Assembly: GCA_035695245.1 (NCBI GenBank)
Contig: DASSEQ010000265.1
Span: 2,296-66,295, forward strand
Reading direction: 5' to 3'
Length of the DNA stretch: 64,000 nt
Source of the DNA: Mycobacteriales bacterium
GTDB lineage: Bacteria > Actinomycetota > Actinomycetes > JAFAQI01
A program made the translations under genes and the position numbers. Positions 1 to 9,800 of the stretch are shown in pieces; position 1 is the stretch's first letter; the number at the start of each line of letters is the position of its first letter. The notes below the pieces were generated by a model. That model did no database searches and had not been told where the DNA came from. It was given only the letters and a program-made list of their open reading frames with translations.

Positions 1-294
1 GATGGCGACCAGCTCTACCGGCTCACCTACGACGGCAGCGTCGCGGACGAGGAAGGCTTCGTCGTGATGGGTGGCAACGCCGACACGATCAGCGCGAAGC
101 TGAAAGAGACCCATCAGCACTCGGTTGCGCTCGACGCCGGCCTGCGTCTCGCCGTACAAGCCCTCTCGAACGACAACGGCGAGGCACGCACCCTGACCGC
201 GCAGCAGCTCGAGGTGGCCGTGCTCGATCGCAACCGGCCGCGGCGCAAGTTCCGCCGCATGCACGACGCCCAAGTCGAACAACTCCTCGCGTGA
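1..294 (+). CDS. prcA: proteasome alpha subunit PrcA, 3' end (partial; 5' end outside window)
   Basis: The in-frame C-terminal peptide ...QLEVAVLDRNRPRRKFRR... is characteristic of the actinobacterial 20S alpha subunit C-terminus. It sits directly upstream of pafA, as in Pup-proteasome loci. Confidence 0.65.
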   Translation, partial: DGDQLYRLTYDGSVADEEGFVVMGGNADTISAKLKETHQHSVALDAGLRLAVQALSNDNGEARTLTAQQLEVAVLDRNRPRRKFRRMHDAQVEQLLA

Positions 295-318
295 CCCGCC
301 TCGGCCTAGGCTGATCAC

Positions 319-1677
319 GTGGACCGCCGTATCTATGGGCTCGAGAACGAGTACGGCGTCACGTGCACGTTCCGCGGCCAGCGCAGGCTCTCTCCGGACG
401 AGGTCGCGCGCTACCTCTTCCGCCGGGTCGTGTCCTGGGGCCGCAGCAGCAACGTGTTCCTCAAGAACGGTGCGCGGCTCTACCTCGACGTGGGCAGCCA
501 CCCCGAGTACGCGACTCCCGAGTGCGACAACGTCGTCGACCTCGTCACCCATGACAAGGCGGGGGAGCGCACCCTCGAGGGTCTGCTCATGGACGCCGAG
601 CGCCGCCTGCGCGAGGAAGGCATCGCCGGCGACATCTACCTGTTCAAGAACAACACCGACTCTGCGGGCAACTCCTACGGCTGCCACGAGAACTACCTCG
701 TCGGCCGGCACGGCGAGTTCTCCCGCCTCGCCGACGTGCTCATACCGTTCCTCGTCACCCGCCAGATCGTGTGCGGTGCGGGCAAGGTGTTGCAGACGCC
801 GCGCGGCGCCGTCTACTGCGTGAGTCAGCGCGCCGAACACATCTGGGAGGGCGTCTCGTCGGCGACGACCCGGTCGCGCCCGATCATCAACACGCGCGAC
901 GAGCCGCACGCCGACGCCGAGCGGTTCCGCCGGTTGCACGTCATCGTCGGCGACTCCAACATGTCGGAAACGACGACGCTGTTGAAGATCGGTACGACGG
1001 ACCTCGTGCTGCGGATGATCGAAGCCGGCGTCGTCATGCGCGATCTGACACTGGAGAACGCGATCCGCGCGATCCGCGAGGTGTCGCACGACATGACCGG
1101 CAGGCGCCGGGTCAAGCTTGCCAACGGTCGCGAGGCAAGTGCGCTGGAGATCCAGCTGGAGTACTTCGCCAAGGCGCGCGACTTCGTGCAACGGCGCGGA
1201 GCCGACGCGACTGCAGAGCGCGTGCTCGAGCTCTGGGAGCGCACGCTTCAAGCCGTCGAGACCGGTGATCTCGACAAGGTCGAGCGCGAGATCGACTGGG
1301 TCACCAAGTACAAGCTGATCGAGCGTTACCGCGCAAAGCACGACCTTCCCCTTGCGTCGGCTCGCGTGGCCCAGATCGACCTGGCCTATCACGACGTCAA
1401 CCGCCGCCGCGGCCTCTATTACCTGCTCGAGCGCAAAGGCGCCGTCGACCGCGTCACGTCAGACCTGCGCATCTTCGAAGCAAAGTCGGTCCCACCGCAG
1501 ACGACGCGCGCGCGCCTGCGTGGGGACTTCATCAAACGTGCGCAGGAGCGTCGGCGCGACTTCACCGTCGACTGGGTGCACCTCAAGCTCAACGACCAGG
1601 CACAACGCACCGTCCTCTGCAAGGACCCGTTCCGATCCGTCGACGACCGCGTAGAGAAGCTCATCGCCTCGATGTAG
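319..1677 (+). CDS. pafA: Pup--protein ligase PafA
   Basis: 452 aa with N-terminus [38 protein letters not shown], a near-exact match to the PafA signature (glutamine-synthetase-like fold). The length is canonical. Confidence 0.95.
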   Translation: MDRRIYGLENEYGVTCTFRGQRRLSPDEVARYLFRRVVSWGRSSNVFLKNGARLYLDVGSHPEYATPECDNVVDLVTHDKAGERTLEGLLMDAERRLREEGIAGDIYLFKNNTDSAGNSYGCHENYLVGRHGEFSRLADVLIPFLVTRQIVCGAGKVLQTPRGAVYCVSQRAEHIWEGVSSATTRSRPIINTRDEPHADAERFRRLHVIVGDSNMSETTTLLKIGTTDLVLRMIEAGVVMRDLTLENAIRAIREVSHDMTGRRRVKLANGREASALEIQLEYFAKARDFVQRRGADATAERVLELWERTLQAVETGDLDKVEREIDWVTKYKLIERYRAKHDLPLASARVAQIDLAYHDVNRRRGLYYLLERKGAVDRVTSDLRIFEAKSVPPQTTRARLRGDFIKRAQERRRDFTVDWVHLKLNDQAQRTVLCKDPFRSVDDRVEKLIASM

Positions 1678-1752
1678 GTCGCTCGTTGTACGCGGCACGC
1701 CGATGAACTGTCCGAATTTTGGTCGCCCAACGTTCGAAGTCGGCCTTGGCCG

Positions 1753-2514
1753 TTAGCTGGCGGGGCGGCGCCGGGTTTTGCGGTCGGCGTCGGACAGCGC
1801 GGCGTCGAGGAGGGCGACGCTTTCGCGGTCCATGACCAGGGGGAAGGCGCGGTTGACCGCCAGGGCGGCGAGGGGACGCAGCCGCTTCGAGAGGTCCATC
1901 AGCCGGTCGACGTCCTGTTGCGTCAGCAGCGCGGGATCCGGACCGAGCGATGCTGACGTCGTCGTGGCGAAGTCGTGGGCGATCGCGGTCAGGTTCTCGA
2001 CAAGGGTCTCGGCGAGACGCAGGACCGCCGACAGGGGCAGGCCTGCGGAGACCAGTTCACGTGCGACGCCGAGCAGCGCCGGGCTCGGCAGCACGTAGCG
2101 CCGTCCGTGCCGTTGGAGCAGACCAATCTCGACCAAGTGGTCCGCGTGCGACACGCCGAAGTCCGAGCCGAAGGCAGTGCGCAGTTCGGTGAGGGTTACC
2201 GGCTCTGGCGACTCGTCACTCCACGGCATCGTGAGCACCTGCTCGACGCCCAGCACTGCGGAGAGGTCCTTGCCGGACTCCCAGGTGCTCAGCAGCTCGG
2301 CGATGTTGCCCAGCGAGTAGCCGCGGTCCAGCAGTCGGGTGATGAGGCGGAGGCGAGCCAGATGGGCTTCGGCGTACCAACCGACCCGGCCGACGAGGCG
2401 CGGCGGTGGGAGAAGGCCTCGCTCCTGATAGAGGCGGACGTTGCGCGCGGTCGTGCCGGCGGCGCGAGCCAGGTCATCGAGCCGGTAGTCCGTCACCTGA
2501 TGAGTCTCTCGCAC
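1753..2514 (-). CDS. MerR-family transcriptional regulator
   Basis: N-terminal HTH (YRLDDLARAAGTTARNVRLYQERGLL). It is divergent from the diiron oxygenase gene, with a dyad operator in the shared promoter. Confidence 0.85.
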   Translation of the reverse strand: MRETHQVTDYRLDDLARAAGTTARNVRLYQERGLLPPPRLVGRVGWYAEAHLARLRLITRLLDRGYSLGNIAELLSTWESGKDLSAVLGVEQVLTMPWSDESPEPVTLTELRTAFGSDFGVSHADHLVEIGLLQRHGRRYVLPSPALLGVARELVSAGLPLSAVLRLAETLVENLTAIAHDFATTTSASLGPDPALLTQQDVDRLMDLSKRLRPLAALAVNRAFPLVMDRESVALLDAALSDADRKTRRRPAS

Positions 2515-2526
2515 AGCCGGACAAAA

Positions 2527-2542
2527 TGTGACCTACGTCTCA
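2527..2542. promoter_or_regulatory. CRP/FNR-type site TGTGA-cctacg-TCTCA
   Basis: 9/10 match to the TGTGA-N6-TCACA consensus. It lies immediately upstream of the -35 box of the MerR/oxygenase divergent promoter. Confidence 0.45.
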
Positions 2543-2543
2543 G

Positions 2544-2574
2544 TTGACATTGTGCCATCGCAGATTGGCACAAT
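2544..2574 (+). promoter_or_regulatory. MerR-type promoter with operator dyad
   Basis: The -35 is TTGACA (2544-2549). A 19-nt spacer contains a perfect 9-bp inverted repeat ATTGTGCCA-N8-TGGCACAAT (2549-2557 / 2566-2574), and the -10-like hexamer is CACAAT (2569-2574). The ATG at 2581 is only 6 nt after the -10, implying a leaderless mRNA. Confidence 0.55.
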
Positions 2575-2580
2575 CCCCTT

Positions 2581-3510
2581 ATGACCGATCTGATGGCCCC
2601 CGTCTCTGTCGCCGAGGAGCTGGAGTGGCGGGACAGCCGGGAGAAGGTCGCGACAAGGCTGTTGAAGGCCACGGCGGACAAGCACTACGACCCCCGCGTG
2701 GACCTCGACTGGGACCCGCCTTTCCTGCCGGACAAGTTCTTCCTGTGCGAGGAGCACGTGTCGCTCTTCGGCACCCCGCTGTGGGACACGATGAGTCTCG
2801 AGCAGCGGATCGAGCTCTCGAAGCACGAGTCGGCCAGCTGGCTGTCGGCCGGCATCGCCTTCGAGATGCAGCTCGACGCGTTCCTGCTGCGCCACGCGTT
2901 CGTCCGCGACCCAACGAGTCAGCACGTGCGTTACGCCCTGACCGAGATCGAGGACGAGTGCCGGCACTCACTGATGTTCTCGATGATGCTCGAGAAGATG
3001 GGCACGCCGCTTTACTCGTTCCAGCCGAAGCTGCGGGCATTGATCTGGCGCAGCCAGTTCTTCGGCAGCGAGGTCATGGCGTTCATCGGCACGCTCATCG
3101 TCGAGGAGTTCCTCGACGCCGCGCAGCGTCAGATCATGCGCGACGACAACGTGCAACCCCTGGTGCGCGAGATGACGACCATCCACGTCGTCGAGGAAGC
3201 GCGGCACGTGTCCTACGCGCGCAGCGAGCTTGCACGCCAAGTCGAACGCATCGGGCCGAAGCGATTGGCTCTGATCCGGCAGCTGTCGGCATTCATGGCG
3301 TCGGGGATCTACAAGATGCTCGTCGATCCTGCCGTCTACGCCAATGTCGGAATCGATCGTGATCTCGCCCTCGAAGCGGTCAAGCAGAGCGAGCATCGCC
3401 GGCAGTTCCGTCGCGAGCTCACTGCGCGAACGTTCCGCAACTTCTCCGAGCTCGGACTCGTCGGGGGTCGCAGCGCGCAGATGTGGCGAGCCTGGGGCCA
3501 CGACTGCTGA
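2581..3510 (+). CDS. AurF-like diiron oxygenase (ferritin-like, p-aminobenzoate N-oxygenase family)
   Basis: 309 aa with paired carboxylate/His motifs (EDECRHS ... VEEARHV ... EEFLDAAQRQ) typical of diiron carboxylate N-oxygenase-like proteins. Confidence 0.7.
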   Translation: MTDLMAPVSVAEELEWRDSREKVATRLLKATADKHYDPRVDLDWDPPFLPDKFFLCEEHVSLFGTPLWDTMSLEQRIELSKHESASWLSAGIAFEMQLDAFLLRHAFVRDPTSQHVRYALTEIEDECRHSLMFSMMLEKMGTPLYSFQPKLRALIWRSQFFGSEVMAFIGTLIVEEFLDAAQRQIMRDDNVQPLVREMTTIHVVEEARHVSYARSELARQVERIGPKRLALIRQLSAFMASGIYKMLVDPAVYANVGIDRDLALEAVKQSEHRRQFRRELTARTFRNFSELGLVGGRSAQMWRAWGHDC

Positions 3511-3570
3511 ATCTGATCAATCCCTTGCGCTCGGCCGATGCGCCAATCTACAGTGGCGAATACAGGTCAA

Positions 3571-3586
3571 AGTGACCTAAGTCACA
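3571..3586. promoter_or_regulatory. CRP/FNR-type site aGTGA-cctaag-TCACA (perfect palindrome GTGACCTAAGTCAC)
   Basis: Matches TGTGA-N6-TCACA in 9/10 positions. It lies about 100 bp upstream of the secreted-protein gene and shares the core GTGACCTA-GTC with the site at 2527. Confidence 0.45.
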
Positions 3587-3688
3587 CCGAGGCAAAAGGG
3601 GGGCCGTCGGCGACCGCCTGAGTTCACGACCTGGACTCGCATCGCCGCGACATCCATCCGCACCTGCGGTTGGACCCATCGCTCGGCC

Positions 3689-5197
3689 GTGGCCGAAGCC
3701 GTAACCCGAGCCTTCGGTCGATCGTTACATCGTCAGCTGTCCGGTGGGCTCGGTCGCAGCGTCAGCGACGCTGCCAGAGGCGCAGGTGGTGGTCTGTTGC
3801 GGTTTCGATCCAAGGCACTCATGCTGCTCGCCGCAACATCGGCATCGGCCGTTGCCGCGGCAATCGCAGTGCCATCCGCGCAGGCCTCATCGAGCTTCAT
3901 CCCAGGCAGCGCCGGCGGAGTCGCACAGTCACTTCAGATCGCGCCGCGCACCGGTGGTTTCGCTTACACCATCTCGGTCGGCAACGCCATCGCGGACTTC
4001 CGGGGCACGCTGGCGCAAGCCGAGTCACAGGTGCTCGACCTCGGTCTCATCGGCACCGCACTCACAGCGCAGAGCTGTTCGGGTGGCAATCCACTGATCC
4101 AGTCCAGTCAGCTGCCGCAGCCGCTGATCGCCGAGTCTTCCGACGGCGACCACACCGAGTCGCACGACGAAGCCGGCAGCTCACAAAGCGGAGTGCTCGC
4201 CGCCGCCGGTCACGAACAAGTCACGGTCACGAAGACCCCGTCCTCCGCGGCGAGCTTCGACGGCGGCACGATCGGCTTCAACGGGCTGCTGACGGCCAGC
4301 GGCATGTCCACCGCGTCGACGTCAAAGTTGATCCCCGGCCAAGCTCGCCTTGCCACCGCTGATGCCTCGATCGGCCAGCTCAGCTTTCTCGGCGGCATCG
4401 TCGTCCTGAAGAACATGCACTGGAGCGCAAGCCTGCGCACGGGCACCAAGCCGTCGATGAGCGGCACCTTCACCATCGGCGACGCTGTCATCGCCGGGCA
4501 CGAGCAAGCCGTCGGGCCTGCGTCGGCCGGCAGCGTCCTCAATGCGGTGAACGCTCTGATCGCCGCATCCGGCCTGCACCTGACACCACCCACCATCAAG
4601 AAGAACACCACGGGTGGACTCACCATCTCGCCGTTGACGCTTGGCATCGACAACTCGCAGCTCGGTGCGACGGTCGTCAACCCGCTCAACAACGCAACCC
4701 AGCCCGAGCAGCAGCAGCTGGTGCAGATCCTGCTCGGCATCAACTGCCAGTTCGCAACGCCTCTGCTGCTCGAGGACATCGCGGTCGGAGCGGCCGACGG
4801 CACCGGCAGCGCGGACCTGCTCTTCGGCGGCGTCTCGGTCAGCTCCAACGCCGTCGCCTACAGCAACCCATTCGGCTCCGCACAGCTCGGCACGAGCTCC
4901 GGCCAGCCGCTCGGGGGAGTCAGTTCGCCCGCAACCGCCGCCGGGTCGGGCGGCGTCGGTTCGAGCCTTCCCGCGGGAGGCACCGTCGGTGCCGCCCCGG
5001 GAAACACGCCACAGCTCGCCGGGCAGGCGCAGGTCACCCAGTCCTGCGCGACCACCAGTCCGGCGCACTGGCCCGCGTGCAGCAACGGTGCCGCCCTCGC
5101 AGCCGGTCTTCTCGGCCTGGTTGCCGTCGTGGGGGTCGGCGGCGCGGACTTCTTCGTCATGCGCCGGCGGCGACACCTGCCTGAGCTGGATCTCTAA
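3689..5197 (+). CDS. secreted/membrane-anchored Ala/Ser/Gly/Thr-rich protein, unknown function
   Basis: A signal-peptide-like segment MLLAATSASAVAAAIAVPSAQA follows a possible alternative start at 3821. The protein is 502 aa of low-complexity S/A/G/T-rich sequence. A C-terminal hydrophobic helix is followed by RRRR, a membrane anchor. Confidence 0.55.
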   Translation: MAEAVTRAFGRSLHRQLSGGLGRSVSDAARGAGGGLLRFRSKALMLLAATSASAVAAAIAVPSAQASSSFIPGSAGGVAQSLQIAPRTGGFAYTISVGNAIADFRGTLAQAESQVLDLGLIGTALTAQSCSGGNPLIQSSQLPQPLIAESSDGDHTESHDEAGSSQSGVLAAAGHEQVTVTKTPSSAASFDGGTIGFNGLLTASGMSTASTSKLIPGQARLATADASIGQLSFLGGIVVLKNMHWSASLRTGTKPSMSGTFTIGDAVIAGHEQAVGPASAGSVLNAVNALIAASGLHLTPPTIKKNTTGGLTISPLTLGIDNSQLGATVVNPLNNATQPEQQQLVQILLGINCQFATPLLLEDIAVGAADGTGSADLLFGGVSVSSNAVAYSNPFGSAQLGTSSGQPLGGVSSPATAAGSGGVGSSLPAGGTVGAAPGNTPQLAGQAQVTQSCATTSPAHWPACSNGAALAAGLLGLVAVVGVGGADFFVMRRRRHLPELDL

Positions 5198-5223
5198 CCC
5201 GACTCGAGAGGAGACCGGCGCCG

Positions 5224-6855
5224 ATGGCGTTGGGCCCGACACAACGAACGTTCCTGCGTGGCTACGGCCCGCTCGCGTGCCTGTTGCTTGCCTTCGTTCT
5301 CATGGCCGCATTCGTGCCGACCAACGCGCGCGAGCGGGTCACGCTCGCGCAAGGTACGGCGGCCGCGCCCGGCACCGGCGTGACCGGCACTGTTCCTGGC
5401 AGTGGTGCGTCTGTCCCCGGTGCGGTCAAGGGTTCGACGACTGTGGCCGGCACGCAGGTGGCGAAGCCGGGGCAACTTCCGGCCCAGACCACGAAGTGCT
5501 CCGGCAAGCAGGTGCCCGGTGACCCCTACTCACCACCGTGCATCGAGTTCTCCGGCAGCAACGGTGGTTCCACGTCTCGTGGTGTCACGTCCTCCACCAT
5601 CACGGTTGCCTACCGCCAGACCAACGACCCCGGCTTCCAGCAGACCCTCGCGTCCATCGGCGGTGCGCAGTTCGCAGACACACCCGCGGACATCCGTCGC
5701 ACGATCCAAGGGTTGGCCGACTACTTCAACAAGCACTTCCAGTTCTACGGCCGCAAGCTCAACTTCGTCTTCTACAACGGGCAAGGCTCGCAGACCAACG
5801 AGCTTCTCGGCGGGGGTCAGGAACAAGCCAGCGCCGACGCACTGCATGTCTCCAGCGATATCAAAGCCTTCGCGGACATGAGCGCCGCAACCGAGCCGTA
5901 CGGCGACTCGTTGTCGCGCGACAAGGTGTTGAACTTCGGCGAGCCCTATCTCTCCGCCAAGTGGTTCAGCGACCGTTCGCCGTACGCATGGAGCCTCGCG
6001 AGCGACTGCACGTCGGTCAGCGAGGCGTCAGCCGACATCGCGGTCAAGCAGATGCTCGGGAAGAACGCCGTCTACGCCGGGGACACCAGCTTCCAGAAGA
6101 GCAAGCGCAAGCTGGCCATCCTCGCGCCGGACAACCCGTGGTACCAGGACTGCGTCAAGAACGCCGAGGCCATCTTCAAAGCCAACGGTTTCGGCAACCA
6201 GGAGTCCATTCCCTACCAGCTCGACTTGTCCACGTTGTCGAGTCAGGCCGCGAGCATCGTGTCGAAGCTGAAGGCCGACCACGTCACCACGGTGGTCTGC
6301 GGCTGCGATCCCATCTTCCCCGTTTATCTGACGCAGAAGGCAGACGAGCAGCAGTACAACCCGGAGTGGGCGGTCATCGGCGTCGCGCTGACCGACCAGG
6401 ACATCGTCGGTCAGCTGTTCGACCAGAAGGAATGGGCGCACGCCATCGGCGTCACTTACCAAGGCCCGACGATCCCTTATCAGGCAACGTTGGGATACGC
6501 CGCATACAAGAGTGTCCGCAGTGACGAACCGGCCCAGGCGGTCGACCTCATCTACGCACAGATGTACATGCTTGCCCTCGGCATCGACCTCGCCGGCCCG
6601 GACCTCACCCCCCAGACCTACCTCAAGGGCATGCAGAGCTACTCCGGCGGCACTGGCGAGTTCGGCACCTGGGGCTTCCCGCCCGGCGACTACACGCCGA
6701 CACGCGATGGTGCCGAGATCTATTGGGATCCCAACGCAACTTCCGCCTACAACGGCAAGCAAGGCGCATACGTGTTCGCCAGCGGCCGCTACCAGCCGGG
6801 CCATTGGCCGCAAGCGGCTGAGCCTCCGCACACGCCCTACCGGGCAGTGAGGTGA
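5224..6855 (+). CDS. ABC transporter substrate-binding protein (Liv/amide-type periplasmic binding fold)
   Basis: Strong RBS GAGAGGAG, an N-terminal signal/TM segment, and a linker followed by a type I periplasmic binding domain. Its stop overlaps the start of the permease gene (GTGA). Confidence 0.75.
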   Translation: MALGPTQRTFLRGYGPLACLLLAFVLMAAFVPTNARERVTLAQGTAAAPGTGVTGTVPGSGASVPGAVKGSTTVAGTQVAKPGQLPAQTTKCSGKQVPGDPYSPPCIEFSGSNGGSTSRGVTSSTITVAYRQTNDPGFQQTLASIGGAQFADTPADIRRTIQGLADYFNKHFQFYGRKLNFVFYNGQGSQTNELLGGGQEQASADALHVSSDIKAFADMSAATEPYGDSLSRDKVLNFGEPYLSAKWFSDRSPYAWSLASDCTSVSEASADIAVKQMLGKNAVYAGDTSFQKSKRKLAILAPDNPWYQDCVKNAEAIFKANGFGNQESIPYQLDLSTLSSQAASIVSKLKADHVTTVVCGCDPIFPVYLTQKADEQQYNPEWAVIGVALTDQDIVGQLFDQKEWAHAIGVTYQGPTIPYQATLGYAAYKSVRSDEPAQAVDLIYAQMYMLALGIDLAGPDLTPQTYLKGMQSYSGGTGEFGTWGFPPGDYTPTRDGAEIYWDPNATSAYNGKQGAYVFASGRYQPGHWPQAAEPPHTPYRAVR

Positions 6856-9800
6856 ACCGCGCGGTCGAGTTGCTCCGACGGTCCCGCCCGCTCACCATCG
6901 GCGGCGCGATCGTGGTGGCGCTCCTCGTCGCGATGCTCGCCTCGCCCGGCCGGGTCCCGTTCGGCATCGCCCTGCAAGGCGCGTTGTACGGCACGACGAC
7001 CGGCCTCCTCGGGATCGGTCTCGTTCTGACCTACCGTTCGGACCGGATCGTCAACTTCTCGTACGGCGCAATGGGCGGCGTCGGCGCGTCCGTGGGCGTG
7101 CTGCTCTATCTGGGCAAGCACTGGAACTACCTGATCTGCATCTTCATCGGACTCGCGGTCGGCGGTCTCGTCGGGGCCGGCACCGAGATGTTCGTCATCC
7201 GCCGCTTTGCTCGTGCGCCGCGGCTGATCCTGACCGTCGCGACAATCGGTTTGGCGCAGGTGCTGGGCGGCATCCAGTTGCTGCTGCCGAAGTGGTTGTC
7301 CGCACCCGCGCTTGTCGGTGGCTTCAAGACGCCGCTCTCCGGACCACATCTCAACGTCGGCCCGGTGCTCTTCACCGGCGACGCGCTGCTTGTCGTCGCC
7401 GTCGTGCCGGTCGCGATCCTGTTGCTGGCCTACTTCCTGCTGCGCACCGATGCCGGCGTTGCCATCCGCGCGATCGCGGACAACCGCGACCGCGCAATGC
7501 TCGTCGGCGTCCCGATCCGACGACTGGCCACTGTCGTATGGATCGTGGCCGGGGTGCTCGCGGCGCTCACCACCTTGCTGTCCGCCCCGACGGCCGGCCT
7601 CACCATCAACGCGGCCGCCGGACCGACCCTGCTGCTTCCCGCGCTTGCCGCGGCCGTCATTGCCGGCATGGAGTCGCTCCCCATCGCGTTCGTCGCCGGC
7701 ACCGGCCTCGGCGTCCTCGATGCGGTTGTCCGCTGGAACTTCACCAAGCAGTCCGTGTCGACCGTCGCCTTCCTGATCGTCATCCTGTTGGCACTGCTCG
7801 GCCAGCGCGAGTCCGGTCGCCGCGAGAATGCCGAGGACTCCTCGCTGTCAACGGCAGCGGCCGCGGTCACCCAGATCCCCAGCGCGCTGCGCCGCTTGCC
7901 CGAGGTGGTCGCCGGCCGCGTGATCGGCCTCACCCTTCTGGGGATTCTCGTCATCGCCGTTCCCGCCGCCGCCAGCGAGAGCACGGTGCGCATCTTCAGC
8001 GTCGGCGTCATCTACGCGATCGTCGCGGTCTCCCTGGTCGTGCTGTCAGGTTGGGCCGGGGAGATCAGCCTCGGGCAATACGCACTCGTCGGCATCGGCG
8101 GCGTTGTCGCCGGCAACATGATCACGCACTGGAACGTCGACTTCTTCGTCTGCCTCGTCTGCGCCGCGACGGCGGGAGCCGTCCTCGCCGTACTCGTCGG
8201 GCTTCCTGCTCTCCGGATTCGTGGGTTGTTCCTGGCCGTCACGACTCTCGCCCTCGCCGTGGCCGCAGACGCCTTCTTCTTCAACCCGACCAACTTCGCG
8301 TCCTTGATCCCGTCGTCGATCGACCGGCCGATCTTGTGGAAGCGCTTCGACCTGACCAACGAGCGGGCGCTCTACTACCTGTGCCTCGCCATGCTCGTCT
8401 TGACCATCGTCGTCGTTCGCGGACTTCGCCAGGCTCGTGCCGGTCGCGTCATGCTCGCAACCCGGGACAACCCTCGGGCTGCTGCAGCGATGGCGGTGCC
8501 GACGACGCGCATCAAACTGCTCTGTTTCGTCATCTCCGGGGCGATCGCCGGCATGGCCGGCGGCTTGCACGCACTCATTCTTCAGTCGATCGGATTCGGC
8601 ACCTACCAACCGTCCGAAAGCCTGCTGGTGTTCTCGATGGTTGTCATCGGGGGACTCGGGTCGATCGGGGGCGCCCTGCTCGGCGTGCTCGCCATCGAAT
8701 GCGCTGTGCACCTGTTCCCGCAGTACCAGCTGGTCATCACCGGCACCGGTCTGCTGTTGGTCCTGCTCCTGTTGCCGGGTGGCCTCGCATCGGCGCTCAC
8801 TGCCCTGCGCGACCGGCTACTGACGCTGGTCGCGCGGCGCCACGGCATCGACCTGACGCCGACCGCGGCAGGAGCGACCGACGTCGACGCGGCCGTCGAG
8901 CCCGTATCGGTCGAGCACCTTGCAGACAGCGACACGCTGTTCCACTGCCGAGGGGTGGAGGTGAAGTACGGCGCAATGCAGGTGCTGTTCGGTGCGGACC
9001 TGGAGGTCCGAGAGGGCGAGATCGTGGCCTTGCTGGGCACCAACGGCGCCGGCAAGTCGACTCTTCTCAAGGCTATCGCGGGCCTCGTCCCGCCGTCGGG
9101 CGGGCGCGTCGTCTTCGCCGGTCAGGACGTGACGTCGGCTTCAACCCAGAGGAAGGCGACCACGGGCCTGGCCATGATGCCGGCAAAGTCGGTCTTCCCG
9201 TCGTTGACGGTGGACGAAAACCTGCGGATCGCGGCCTGGCTGGTGCGTGGCGACGCCGCCGCGGCCGAAGCAGCACGCGACGAAGTGCGCGACTTGTTCC
9301 CGGTCCTGCGCGAGCGACGCGGCCAGGTGGCCGGGAACCTTTCCGGTGGCGAGCAGCAGATGCTCTCGCTCGCGATGGCACTCATGACCAGGCCCCGACT
9401 GCTGCTGATCGACGAGCTGTCGCTTGGGCTGGCGCCGACGATCGTCGGACGCCTGCTCGGCGTCGTGCGCCAGCTGGTCGAACGCGGCGTGACCGTCGTC
9501 ATCGTCGAGCAATCGGTCAACGTTGCCCTCGAGCTCGCCGAGCGCGCCGTCTTCCTGGAGAAGGGGCAGGTGCGGTTCAGCGGCCGCACCGCTGATCTGC
9601 TCGCCCGGCCCGACGTCCTGCGCTCAGTGTTCATCGCGGGAGCGGCGACGGTCGAGCAGCCGAAGAAGCCGGCCCGCGGCCGCGGCCGCGCTCGCACGGC
9701 GCCAGCGCAACGCACCGCGCTCGAGATCGCGCAGACCGAACCGCAGCCGATCGTCCTCGAGTGCCAGTCGGTCGTGAAGGACTTCGGCGGCGTTCGCGCC

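Noticed and set aside
335-1654. Several 60-165-aa ORFs inside pafA in other frames or on the opposite strand (335..823, 771..1268, 825..1244-, 1352..1654).
   Set aside because: Arg/Ala/Ser-rich alternate-frame products typical of 72% GC DNA, fully contained in a confidently identified gene.
7292-9595. 767-aa + strand ORF in a different frame from the ABC permease/ATPase.
   Set aside because: The product is extreme in R/G/P content with no domains. It is an alternate frame of the fused ABC importer gene, which has clear motifs.
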